DNA of 64,000 nt, taken from an uncultured Pelagibacteraceae bacterium (GTDB taxonomy: Bacteria; Pseudomonadota; Alphaproteobacteria; Pelagibacterales; AG-422-B15). How positions within the stretch are numbered: the stretch's first letter is position 1; each line of letters starts with the position of its first letter. The stretch spans positions 39,029 to 103,028 of the forward strand of contig CACNXQ010000003.1 of assembly GCA_902624455.1 (NCBI GenBank), read 5' to 3'. The notes beneath the pieces were generated by a model that made no database searches, was not told the origin of the DNA, and worked only from the letters and a program-made list of their open reading frames with translations. Positions 35,611 to 45,157 of this stretch are shown here, in pieces. The position numbers and the translations under genes are program-made.

Positions 35611-37548
35611 TTAATTATCCTTTATCCATATAGGGGAAGACCACGCCATTTCCTTTATTGTTGCCGGATAATCTTTTCGAGGCTTTTCTCCTAACCTCAA
35701 GCTATCATAAGTTGACCATCTGCACGTAGGATTTTGAATTACTCTAACATAATAAAATGAATTTTCATCTGATTTGTAATTTTCATCGGTCCATAATGTA
35801 TTAAGTGTTTGAGCTCCTCTAGATTCATCAAAGCTACAGTCCGTTAGGTTTACTTCAACATCAATTTCTTTACATTTTTTTGTAATTGGATCAATAGGTC
35901 TATTTTCACTACACAGCACATCGATTACCTGTTCTTTACTTTCATTCCCCGATAAATATCCTTTGATTATCTGAATTTTATCAAGTGGAGCACTTAAATT
36001 ATCCTCCTTAGCCATAATCAGAAATTTAGGTTTTTTATTCGTTTCAGAACTAATAGTACTTCCCATCGGATGACCATTTTCGTATGCAAATTCGATTGCT
36101 TTATCTGAATTTAATATATCTTCACTGAAATTAAAACTTCCAAAAAATCTCAATTCTATTCGAGTACCACTAGTTGCATAAACTTCTTTTCTCTGCATTG
36201 AGTTAAAGAGAGAGTCCCTTGTATTTTCTTCTGACCATATAACTGCTAACCCTCCAGGATTACTCAAAAGAGCTCTTTGGGGAAAAGGACCTCGATTACT
36301 TATTCTTCTCTGGGCCGATCCCTCAAAAAGACCTGCACTTCCTCTCCAGTCCCATTCTTCTGTATCGCCAGGATTAGAATGATGAGTATCAGTACTTCCA
36401 ATCATACCAAAATCGAGAGGGTTAAATCCCAATTCCCTCTCTAATTCTAATCCTTTTTTTAATCCACTACGTGCCATTGAAGTATTTGAAATACATCCAA
36501 AATCAAGATCTTCTTCACATGGTGGAAAAAACTGCTCAAATGCACATTCTTCATCGGTTGTTCCAAACCCGACGCTGCATTCAGAGTTACCTTTTACCTG
36601 AAACATTTCGATAAGTGGTTCAAACTTATCACGCTGCTTCCAATCATCAATAGTATATGAGTCACCGTCAATTGTTTGACTTGCAAATGCAAGCCCCCAG
36701 CTTCGATTAGCATTGTGTGGTATTGATAAGAACTCACACTCATCATCGCAATTTTGACTCAACATTTTCCATAATTCAATTTCACTTGCAGCATCAAATG
36801 CTGAAACTGTTCTATCTGGTACTGTTGTATTTTTAAATATTATATTTCTATGATGTTTGCCAAACTCAGGCAGCACAGGTGAGTATTCATATGCAATAAA
36901 TGTTGTAAAAAATCCTGGCTCATAATGTTTATTGGCTGCTTCAATTGTTTTTTGCCATGTAGACTTATGAAAAAGTTCCGCTCGACTTGTACCTTCATCT
37001 CTTTCCAAAGGATTTATGATTGGACGTTGTTCTCCAAAATTTCTAAGCTCATTGAAAAATTCTATATTTGGATTGTTAAAACGTTCACAGGTTACTAAAG
37101 TCATCATAGAAGATATTGGATCATCACATGCTTCAAACATTCCATAACTTTCAGCATGATCAGTAACAGCAATAAAATCTAATGGTCTACTTAGCCTCAT
37201 AGACTCGCCCGACATACTCTTCATAACTTCACCTTTAGCAAAGTGATAAGACTCATCAAGACTTAAACGGTTACCAAAGAGATATGAGTCAAAAGATAGT
37301 GCAGAGTGAACATGTAAATCACCATAATAGGCATTTTTTAAAATATTTTTTTTTGGATATTTGGGCGGTTGATAGAGGGGTTGAAAAAAGGCATCTTCAT
37401 TTTGCTCTTCAACAATAATTTTAATTTTAGCAATCCTTTCTGGATTAAAAATAGGAGTTTTTGTGAAATTTTGAAAGACAATGTAACCACTAATTAATAT
37501 TATAGTGATGATTACTATTGAGATTATGGCCCAATTCTTTTTTGTCAT
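35611..37548 (-). CDS. DUF3604-family protein (PHP-like metal-dependent hydrolase fold), membrane-anchored or secreted
   Basis: 645 aa. N-terminal TM WAIISIVIITIILISGYIVF; YYGDLHVHSALSFDSY and AVTDHAE motifs typical of DUF3604. Confidence 0.7.
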   Translation of the reverse strand: MTKKNWAIISIVIITIILISGYIVFQNFTKTPIFNPERIAKIKIIVEEQNEDAFFQPLYQPPKYPKKNILKNAYYGDLHVHSALSFDSYLFGNRLSLDESYHFAKGEVMKSMSGESMRLSRPLDFIAVTDHAESYGMFEACDDPISSMMTLVTCERFNNPNIEFFNELRNFGEQRPIINPLERDEGTSRAELFHKSTWQKTIEAANKHYEPGFFTTFIAYEYSPVLPEFGKHHRNIIFKNTTVPDRTVSAFDAASEIELWKMLSQNCDDECEFLSIPHNANRSWGLAFASQTIDGDSYTIDDWKQRDKFEPLIEMFQVKGNSECSVGFGTTDEECAFEQFFPPCEEDLDFGCISNTSMARSGLKKGLELERELGFNPLDFGMIGSTDTHHSNPGDTEEWDWRGSAGLFEGSAQRRISNRGPFPQRALLSNPGGLAVIWSEENTRDSLFNSMQRKEVYATSGTRIELRFFGSFNFSEDILNSDKAIEFAYENGHPMGSTISSETNKKPKFLIMAKEDNLSAPLDKIQIIKGYLSGNESKEQVIDVLCSENRPIDPITKKCKEIDVEVNLTDCSFDESRGAQTLNTLWTDENYKSDENSFYYVRVIQNPTCRWSTYDSLRLGEKPRKDYPATIKEMAWSSPIWIKDN

Positions 37549-37595
37549 ATTTTTATAGTAAATGACAATATTAGGGATTATGGTTTTTTACAAGT

Positions 37596-38738
37596 ATGTC
37601 AGAAGGTTATATTTTAAAACAAGCTGAAAAGTCTTTACCTTTAAAGTGGTATTATGATCAGAGTCAATTTGATTTAGAAGTTTCAAAAATATGGGCTAAT
37701 GATTGGTTTTATGTAACTCACGAAAGTGCATTAAACGAGCCGTTGAGTTTCGTTACAGTAGAAGTCAGCAAGTATAACATTTTATTACTTAAAGACAGAG
37801 ATGGTAATATAAATTCATATTACAATACATGCAGTCATCGTGGTTCAGTTCTTCAAAAGGATAGTTCAGGCAAACTTAAGTCAAATTTATTAGTATGTCC
37901 TTATCATCAATGGTCTTACAATGCTAGTAATGGTGATCTCGTTAGAACAACTTCAATCAATGATCCAAAAGATTTTGATAAAGAGAGTAATTGTCTCACT
38001 AAAGTAAATTTAAAAATATGGAATGGACTTATTTTTGTAAACTTAAATAAGAAGGCTGTGTGGGATGCTGAAAGTGTATTTGTAGACTACAGCGCAGCAT
38101 TTTTAAAACTTAATGTTAGTGATTATAAATTAGGTCATACATGGAAAAAAAATATTCAATGCAATTGGAAAATATTCTGGGAAAATTATAGTGAGTGCCT
38201 TCACTGTCCCAATCTGCACCCTGAATTATCAGATTTAGTACCAATTTATGGCAGACGACTAGTTGATATCAAAGATGATCCAGATTGGGAGAAATTAATT
38301 GAAAATCCTGATCCAAAATTTCAAGGAGGAATGCGAGAAGGTGTGCAAACATGGTCGATGGACGGTAGTGCTCAAGGCCACAAAGATCAGTACCTAGAGT
38401 CAATGAATGATTTTCCAGGATATATTTATATGACTTCATGGCCTTCAGTTTTTATTGCTATTTTTACAGATCATATTCGTATGGTAAGAATACTTCCAAT
38501 ATCAAATGATGAAACAGAAATAACTGCAGAATGGTTATTTCGTGAAGCCACACTAAATGATCCAAATTATGATAAGAATAATGTAATAGATTTTGCAGTT
38601 ATGGTCATGAAGCAAGATGGAGATGCATGTGAACTTAATCAAAAAGGTGTTTATAATCCAGCACGAGAAACAGGCACGCTAATGCCAGAGGAATATGAGA
38701 TAAAAAGATTTCACGATTGGTTGAAATCTAAAATATAA
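37596..38738 (+). CDS. Rieske [2Fe-2S] non-heme iron oxygenase, alpha-subunit type (possibly of the quaternary-amine CntA/GbcA-like group)
   Basis: Rieske CSHRGS...CPYHQW. Mononuclear iron site NWKIFWENYSECLHCPNLHP (HxxxxH with a Glu-containing bridge motif). Confidence 0.8.
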   Translation: MSEGYILKQAEKSLPLKWYYDQSQFDLEVSKIWANDWFYVTHESALNEPLSFVTVEVSKYNILLLKDRDGNINSYYNTCSHRGSVLQKDSSGKLKSNLLVCPYHQWSYNASNGDLVRTTSINDPKDFDKESNCLTKVNLKIWNGLIFVNLNKKAVWDAESVFVDYSAAFLKLNVSDYKLGHTWKKNIQCNWKIFWENYSECLHCPNLHPELSDLVPIYGRRLVDIKDDPDWEKLIENPDPKFQGGMREGVQTWSMDGSAQGHKDQYLESMNDFPGYIYMTSWPSVFIAIFTDHIRMVRILPISNDETEITAEWLFREATLNDPNYDKNNVIDFAVMVMKQDGDACELNQKGVYNPARETGTLMPEEYEIKRFHDWLKSKI

Positions 38739-38752
38739 TTAAGGAGAGACCT

Positions 38753-40195
38753 ATGTACGAGAAATTTGGACAATTTATTAATGGAGAATGGAAACCAGCT
38801 GACTCTGGGGAAACCTATGAAGTTATTAATCCAGCAACTGAGGAAATAATTGGAAATGCATCTAAAGCTTCAAGTAGTGATGTTCAAAAAGCCCTTAAAG
38901 CAGCAGATCAGGGTTTTAAAGCATGGAGAGAAATTCCTGCATGGGAAAGAGCAAAGCTTTTAAGACGTATCTCTGAATTAGTTAGAGAAAATTCAGAAAG
39001 CTTGGTTGAATGGATGACCCTTGAAGGCGGCAAATCATATAATGACGGCGTTGCTGAAGTTGGGGCAACTGCCGATGTATTTGAATGGAATGCGGAAGAA
39101 ACAAAAAGAATATACGGTCAAACTATTGAAAGTCGATTTCCTGATACAAGAATACAAATCAATTACCAACCAGTTGGTGTTGTAGCAGCACTTTCTCCAT
39201 GGAATTTTCCTCTTGTTTTAACTGCGAGAAAAATAGCTACGGCTATGGCAGCAGGATGTTCAGTAATATGTAAACCTGATGTAATAACTCCAGGGTCTGT
39301 TATGGCTCTCGTAGATATAGTCAATCAGGCAGGCACACCACCCGGTGTTGTTAATTTATTATCGGGAGACCCAGCGGAGATTGCGTCTGAATTAATAGCA
39401 TCAGATATTACAAAAAAAGTTTCTATAACAGGATCAACACGAGTAGGTAAGATAATTCTCAAACAGGCAGCAGAAAAAGTACAACGAGTTACTATGGAGC
39501 TTGGAGGTCACGCTCCTTTTATTGTATTTAAAGACGCCGATATTAATAAAGCGACTGATATGGCCTTGGCTTGCAAATATCGTAATAATGGACAGGTCTG
39601 TATATCACCAAGTAGATTTTATATTCATGAAGATCATAAAGAAAAATTCATAAATCTTTTCGTTGAAAAAACTAAAACTTTAAAAATTGGAAATGGATTA
39701 GATAAGGACACAGATCTTGGACCATTAACAACGAAAAAGAGATTAGATGAAGTTGAAAATTTAGTTGAAAAGACAAAAAGTGAAGGAGCAAAAGTTTTAT
39801 GTGGTGGACAAAGACCAGCTGGTTTCAACAAAGGATACTTTTATGAGCCAACAGTCTTTGATAACGTAAAAGATGATTACACGATCATGCACGAGGAGCC
39901 ATTTGGTCCTTTAGCGCCAATTTTGAGTTTTAAGGAGTTCGATGAGGTGATTGAGAGGGCGAATAATCATGAAGTAGGTTTAGCAAGTTATGTGTGCACG
40001 TCATCAATGGAGACAGCCCAAAAGTCCTCTGAGTCTCTTGAGACCGGGATGGTTGCTGTCAATACTCCGGCACTTTCTTCTGCTGAAACACCTTTTGGTG
40101 GAATTAAACAAAGTGGTTATGGAAGAGAAGGTGGATCGCTTGGTATTAAAGATTACTTAAATGTTAAGTATACTCATACAGGTTTAGTAGGATAA
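38753..40195 (+). CDS. NAD(P)-dependent aldehyde dehydrogenase (succinate-semialdehyde dehydrogenase-like)
   Basis: 480 aa. SPWNFP, catalytic MELGGHAP and NNGQVCISPSRF motifs, EEPFGP. Confidence 0.9.
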   Translation: MYEKFGQFINGEWKPADSGETYEVINPATEEIIGNASKASSSDVQKALKAADQGFKAWREIPAWERAKLLRRISELVRENSESLVEWMTLEGGKSYNDGVAEVGATADVFEWNAEETKRIYGQTIESRFPDTRIQINYQPVGVVAALSPWNFPLVLTARKIATAMAAGCSVICKPDVITPGSVMALVDIVNQAGTPPGVVNLLSGDPAEIASELIASDITKKVSITGSTRVGKIILKQAAEKVQRVTMELGGHAPFIVFKDADINKATDMALACKYRNNGQVCISPSRFYIHEDHKEKFINLFVEKTKTLKIGNGLDKDTDLGPLTTKKRLDEVENLVEKTKSEGAKVLCGGQRPAGFNKGYFYEPTVFDNVKDDYTIMHEEPFGPLAPILSFKEFDEVIERANNHEVGLASYVCTSSMETAQKSSESLETGMVAVNTPALSSAETPFGGIKQSGYGREGGSLGIKDYLNVKYTHTGLVG

Positions 40196-40199
40196 TTTC

Positions 40200-41354
40200 A
40201 TGCTAACACAATCTTTAGACACGCAGATGCGCGAATGGAGACATGACTTCCATCAACATCCTGAACTGAACTTTGATCTTAAATACACGTCTCCTAAAGT
40301 TGCTGAATTATTGAAAAACTTAGGATTAGAAACTCATGAAGGTATTGGACATTCAGGTGTGGTAGGCATTTTGAAGAATGGAACAGGGAAAAAAAGCATT
40401 GGAATTAGAGCTGATATGGACGCATTACCAGTTCAAGAAACAAATGATCTTACCTACAAGTCAAAAAATGAGGGAAAGATGCATGCCTGTGGACATGACG
40501 GTCATATGTCAATGGCTCTTGGTGCTGCAAAGTTTTTGTCTGAAAATAAAAATTTTGATGGAACAATTTATTTTATATTTCAGCCCGATGAGGAAAAAAC
40601 CCAGGGTGCCCAAGCTATGATTGATGATGGATTATTCAGTAAATTTTCCATTGATGAAGTCTATGCTTTTCATAACATGCCAGGAATGGATTTAGGGACC
40701 TTTGCCACAAGGCCTGGGACAATAACAGCTAGTGAAAGTATTTTTAAAATTGAACTTTGGGGACAAGGCGGTCATTCAGCCTTACCTCATATGGGAGTTG
40801 ATACTATTACGGTAGGTACGCAAATAATTACTTCACTTCAATCCATTGTTTCAAGAAAACTTAATCCAGCTATGAACGGTGTAGTTTCAGTTACTGATTT
40901 TAAATCAAATGGAAATGAAAATGTCTTACCAGGTCATTCAGTAATAACAGGCGATACTCGCGCATTATCACCTGAAGCAAACAAAATAATTGAAGCCAGC
41001 ATGAAAGATATTGTTCAAGGAGTTGCTGCAGCTCATGGAATTAAAGTTGATTTTTCTTATGAAACAAGAACAAACATGACAATCAATACTCAAGAGCAGA
41101 CTTTAGTAGCAGCTGAGGTAGCAAGTAAAATGGTAGGTGCCAAAAATGTAGACGCAAACTGTGAGCCAAAATTATTTTCTGAGGATTTTTCGCAGATGTT
41201 AATGGTAAAGCCAGGTTGCTTTATATTAATTGGTAACGGTTTAGATGGTTCGCACGCTCAATCGCTTCATTCTTCAAATTATAATTTTAATGACGAACTA
41301 CTTGTAATTGGTTCTACATTTTGGACTGAACTCGTAAAAAAAAGATTGTCATAA
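40200..41354 (+). CDS. M20-family amidohydrolase (hippurate hydrolase / N-acyl-amino acid amidohydrolase type)
   Basis: 384 aa. WRHDFHQHPEL, RADMDALP, MHACGHDGH, FQPDEE motifs. Confidence 0.85.
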   Translation: MLTQSLDTQMREWRHDFHQHPELNFDLKYTSPKVAELLKNLGLETHEGIGHSGVVGILKNGTGKKSIGIRADMDALPVQETNDLTYKSKNEGKMHACGHDGHMSMALGAAKFLSENKNFDGTIYFIFQPDEEKTQGAQAMIDDGLFSKFSIDEVYAFHNMPGMDLGTFATRPGTITASESIFKIELWGQGGHSALPHMGVDTITVGTQIITSLQSIVSRKLNPAMNGVVSVTDFKSNGNENVLPGHSVITGDTRALSPEANKIIEASMKDIVQGVAAAHGIKVDFSYETRTNMTINTQEQTLVAAEVASKMVGAKNVDANCEPKLFSEDFSQMLMVKPGCFILIGNGLDGSHAQSLHSSNYNFNDELLVIGSTFWTELVKKRLS

Positions 41355-41358
41355 CAAG

Positions 41359-42528
41359 ATGAATTTTTCAAAAACAGAGTATGGCAACAGACTTTCTAAT
41401 ATTAAGCGTTCAATGCAAGAAAAAGGCATTGATCTTCTTATTTCTCAAGACACATCTAATATTAATTACACTACTGGCTATGATGCATGGTCATTTTATT
41501 ATGCTCAGTGTGCACTAATTCATATTGATCTAGACGAGCCTTTATTATTTGTCAGGGAACAAGATGCAGGTGGTGCATTTCTTCAAAATGTTTGGTCCCA
41601 AGAAAATATTTTGGTTTATAATGAAAAATATATACATACGTGGCCAACTCATCCTTATGACCGATTGATTGAGATAATCAAAGAGAGGGGATGGGATAAG
41701 TTGAGTATTGGACTTGAAATGGATAGTCATTATTTCACGGCTTATAGTTACAAGAAACTTGTAGACGGCTTACCAGAGGCAACACTAAAAGACGCAGAAA
41801 GATGCGTTAATTGGGTAAGGTATATTAAATCAGATGCAGAAATTGATTTGATGAAAGCAGCATCACTTATTTCTGTAGAAGCTATGAACACTGCAATTGA
41901 AACTATTAATCCCGGTATTCGCCAATGTGATGCAGTAGGCGAGATACAAAAAGCAATGTTTTACGGTACAAGTGATTTTGGAGGTGAGTATTCAAGTATC
42001 GCCACACTGCTTCCTACAGGGAAAGGCACATCTGCATCTCATCTTACTGCAACTCAAGAAAGATTTGTTAAAGGTGAAGCAACAATTATAGAGTTAGCTG
42101 GAGTTTATAAAAGATACCATGCACCTATTGCGAGAACGGTCTTACTTGGTAAGGCTGAGCAAAAAAAGATCGATGCAATGAAGGCAACTAACGAAGCACT
42201 GAATGAAGGACTTGATGCCATCAAACCAGGCAATACTGCAAACGATGTAGCTCAGAAATTTTGGTCAGTTCTTGATAAATATGAAATTAAAAAAGAATCA
42301 AGAACTGGCTATTCGATTGGTATTGGTTATCCGCCTGATTGGGGAGAACATACACTTAATATATACAAAGGTGATATGACAGAGTTACAACCAAATGTGA
42401 CGTTCCACATGATAGCAGTCATGCAGTTCGGAAGTTGGGGTGTTGAGGCAAGTCATTCTGTTCGTGTGACTGATAAAGGATTTGAAAAGTTTATAGACTT
42501 TCCAAGCGATCTATTCATCAAAGACTAG
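41359..42528 (+). CDS. M24-family hydrolase (creatinase / Xaa-Pro peptidase / ectoine-hydrolase-like)
   Basis: 389 aa. Creatinase-N-like N-domain and pita-bread C-domain (IIELAGVYKRYHAPIARTV, GYSIGIGYPPDWGE). Confidence 0.75.
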   Translation: MNFSKTEYGNRLSNIKRSMQEKGIDLLISQDTSNINYTTGYDAWSFYYAQCALIHIDLDEPLLFVREQDAGGAFLQNVWSQENILVYNEKYIHTWPTHPYDRLIEIIKERGWDKLSIGLEMDSHYFTAYSYKKLVDGLPEATLKDAERCVNWVRYIKSDAEIDLMKAASLISVEAMNTAIETINPGIRQCDAVGEIQKAMFYGTSDFGGEYSSIATLLPTGKGTSASHLTATQERFVKGEATIIELAGVYKRYHAPIARTVLLGKAEQKKIDAMKATNEALNEGLDAIKPGNTANDVAQKFWSVLDKYEIKKESRTGYSIGIGYPPDWGEHTLNIYKGDMTELQPNVTFHMIAVMQFGSWGVEASHSVRVTDKGFEKFIDFPSDLFIKD

Positions 42529-42544
42529 TTTTTACCTATGATCT

Positions 42545-42573
42545 CTTAGGAAATAACTAAGATTTTATTTTTT
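42545..42573 (+). terminator. Weak candidate intrinsic terminator after the M24 gene
   Basis: CTTAG-gaaataa-CTAAG 5-bp hairpin followed by attttatttttt. Confidence 0.35.
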
Positions 42574-42625
42574 ATAGAGAATCCTATATAATTTGTATAA
42601 AGTAGCCGCTAATCAGGAGTTAACT

Positions 42626-42814
42626 ATGGGTATTCATCACGATTATAAGTCAAAACGTGGCGAAAGAGCTATGGCCAAACAACAGAAGCGTGAGGCTAAA
42701 TTTAACGATAATTCAGACAAAAAAGAAGAAGAAAAACTCATAAAAGAGTTAAAAAAAGCAGGTTTAAATAAAGATGAAATCAAACAATTCCTCGAAGGAC
42801 GAGCAAAAGGATAA
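42626..42814 (+). CDS. Small Lys/Glu-rich hypothetical protein (62 aa)
   Basis: ATG at 42626 preceded by AGGAG at -11..-7 (rare strong SD in this window): MGIHHDYKSKRGERAMAKQQKREAKFNDNSDKKEEEKLIKELKKAGLNKDEIKQFLEGRAKG. Confidence 0.4.
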   Translation: MGIHHDYKSKRGERAMAKQQKREAKFNDNSDKKEEEKLIKELKKAGLNKDEIKQFLEGRAKG

Positions 42815-42917
42815 TAAGAATAAAAGTGACGATAAAATACAGAGAATGTCTGAAGCATTACGTCAAAACTTGAAAAAAAGAAAAGTATTTCAAAGGAAGC
42901 AGAAGGCAGAAAACTAA

Positions 42918-43472
42918 ATGACCATAATGTCAGACAACTGGATTAAAAAAAAGGCCCTTGAAGAAGGAATGATTGAACCTTTTATTGATGGGCAAAAAAA
43001 AGATGGAACAATTTCTTTCGGACTTTCTTCTTATGGATATGATGCGCGAGTTTCTGAAGAATTTAAAGTCTTTACAAATGTAAACTCTGCAATCGTTGAC
43101 CCAAAAAACTTTAGTGATAAAGGTTTTGTTGATCGACCTGGAAATGAGTGTGTAATACCACCAAATTCATTCGCTTTAGCAAGAACTGTTGAGTACTTCA
43201 GAATACCCAGAGATGTACTAGTTATTTGTTTGGGGAAATCTACTTACGCTCGATGTGGGATAATCGTTAATGTAACGCCTTTGGAGCCTGAATGGGAAGG
43301 ACATGTCACGCTAGAGTTTTCAAACACAACACCATTGCCTGCAAAAATTTATGCCAATGAAGGTGCATGTCAGTTTCTTTTTTATAAAGGCGAGGCGCCA
43401 CCAGAAGTTTCCTACAAAGATCGACAAGGAAAATATATGAAGCAGACAGGCGTCACACTTCCAAAGTTATAA
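42918..43472 (+). CDS. dcd: dCTP deaminase
   Basis: 184 aa. [39 protein letters not shown] motifs. Confidence 0.9.
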   Translation: MTIMSDNWIKKKALEEGMIEPFIDGQKKDGTISFGLSSYGYDARVSEEFKVFTNVNSAIVDPKNFSDKGFVDRPGNECVIPPNSFALARTVEYFRIPRDVLVICLGKSTYARCGIIVNVTPLEPEWEGHVTLEFSNTTPLPAKIYANEGACQFLFYKGEAPPEVSYKDRQGKYMKQTGVTLPKL

Positions 43473-43478
43473 CCATAT

Positions 43479-44738
43479 ATGGATAGAATTATTATAAATG
43501 GGGGCCAGCCTCTATCTGGAACTATATCTATTAGTGGTTCAAAAAATGCGTGTTTACCAATTATGGCTGCTTCAATTTTAACAGACCAAAATATCAATCT
43601 TTCAAATGTACCTAACCTTGAAGATATTAAAACAATGTCAAAAGTTTTGACATCACTCGATGTAGAGGTTGATACAAGCAAAGCTAACGAAAACAAAATA
43701 ACTTTAAAATACTTAAATACTGGTAAGTCAATTGCAGAATACGATCTTGTTAGAAAAATGAGAGCGAGCATTCTTGTTCTTGGACCACTTCTTGCGAGAA
43801 AAAGACATGCATCAGTATCTCTCCCAGGTGGATGTGCAATAGGAGCAAGACCAGTTGATCTGCATCTAAATGCACTTGCCAAGCTTGGTGCTGAATTCAA
43901 ATTAGATCGAGGATATATAGAATGTAGTGCTCCAAAGGGATTAAAAGGAGAAGAAATAACCTTTCCTACCATATCAGTTGGAGCAACAGAAAGCTTGTTA
44001 ATGGCTGCAACTTTAGCTGAGGGGAGGACTAAGCTAAATAATATTGCGATTGAGCCTGAAGTGATTGATTTAATCCATTGTCTTCAATCAATGGGTGCAA
44101 AGATCGAGATTACTGATCAAAGAACTGTTATTATTGAGGGAGTTAAGGAATTATTTGGAACTTCTCATAATATAATTTCAGACAGAATTGAGACACTAAC
44201 ATATGTAATTGCCGGAGCTTTAACTGGTGAGAATTTAAAAATCGAAAACATTCAATTAGAGCATGTTAGTAATGTTCTTGAGATATTCAAATCTCTTAAT
44301 ATCGATTTTTCATTTAATAATAGTTCACTCAATATAAATAAAACAAAAATCTTTCAGGGTATCGAATTAGAAACAAGAGAATATCCTGGTTTCCCAACTG
44401 ATATGCAAGCTCAACTTATGGTCCTATTATCTAAAGCTAACTCTGAGTCAGTTATCACTGAAAATATATTTGAAAATAGATATATGCATGTTCCTGAGCT
44501 AAATAGGATGGGGGCCAATATCTCGGTAGAAGGAAAAAAAGCAATTATTAAACCTAGTGAAAAATTGATTGGAGCGGAGGTAATGGCTACTGATTTAAGA
44601 GCCTCTGTAAGTTTGATTTTGGCTGGACTTATTGCTGAAGGCGAAACTGTTGTAAATAGAGTTTATCATTTAGATCGAGGTTACGAACAAGTTGAAAGCA
44701 AATTAAAGAATGTTGGAGCTGTAATCAAAAGAGTCTGA
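43479..44738 (+). CDS. murA: UDP-N-acetylglucosamine 1-carboxyvinyltransferase
   Basis: 419 aa. SGSKNACLPIMAASIL, LPGGCAIGARPVDLHL (active-site Cys), FPTDMQAQ. Confidence 0.95.
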   Translation: MDRIIINGGQPLSGTISISGSKNACLPIMAASILTDQNINLSNVPNLEDIKTMSKVLTSLDVEVDTSKANENKITLKYLNTGKSIAEYDLVRKMRASILVLGPLLARKRHASVSLPGGCAIGARPVDLHLNALAKLGAEFKLDRGYIECSAPKGLKGEEITFPTISVGATESLLMAATLAEGRTKLNNIAIEPEVIDLIHCLQSMGAKIEITDQRTVIIEGVKELFGTSHNIISDRIETLTYVIAGALTGENLKIENIQLEHVSNVLEIFKSLNIDFSFNNSSLNINKTKIFQGIELETREYPGFPTDMQAQLMVLLSKANSESVITENIFENRYMHVPELNRMGANISVEGKKAIIKPSEKLIGAEVMATDLRASVSLILAGLIAEGETVVNRVYHLDRGYEQVESKLKNVGAVIKRV

Positions 44739-44745
44739 AAAAAAT

Positions 44746-45153
44746 ATGAATTTAAATGCAATTGATACTGACGAATTAAAAATTATTGCAACAATTCTCC
44801 AAGATGGACTCGTTGAAGTGAGTGAGGTTAAGTATCTTCCGTCAATTAGATCATTTATAATTATGATTACTCGTTTCATGTGGGAAGAAAAAATTATAAA
44901 TAAAGAAAATAAGCGAGTAAAAGCAGTCTTAGTGTTCGAAGATGTTTTGTCTGTATTCTCTAAAAATATCGATCAAATGAATAAAAGTAATACTTTAGAA
45001 TTAATGACATTTAACTATTTTCCGACTAAAACAAAAAATATTGAAATTCAATTGCTTTTCAAAAATGATGCAATTATAAAGCTCGAAACTGAAATTATTA
45101 AATGTAAGCTTCAAGATCAAGGTAAGCCATGGTCTGTTAAAATTGTAGAATAA
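44746..45153 (+). CDS. DUF2948-family protein
   Basis: 135 aa. Position between murA and hisD is typical for alphaproteobacteria. Confidence 0.55.
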   Translation: MNLNAIDTDELKIIATILQDGLVEVSEVKYLPSIRSFIIMITRFMWEEKIINKENKRVKAVLVFEDVLSVFSKNIDQMNKSNTLELMTFNYFPTKTKNIEIQLLFKNDAIIKLETEIIKCKLQDQGKPWSVKIVE

Positions 45154-45157
45154 TAAT

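Noticed and set aside
43412-43972. 186-aa minus-strand ORF spanning the dcd/murA junction
   Set aside because: It overlaps two well-supported housekeeping genes on the opposite strand. It has no recognisable motif and an unusual composition.
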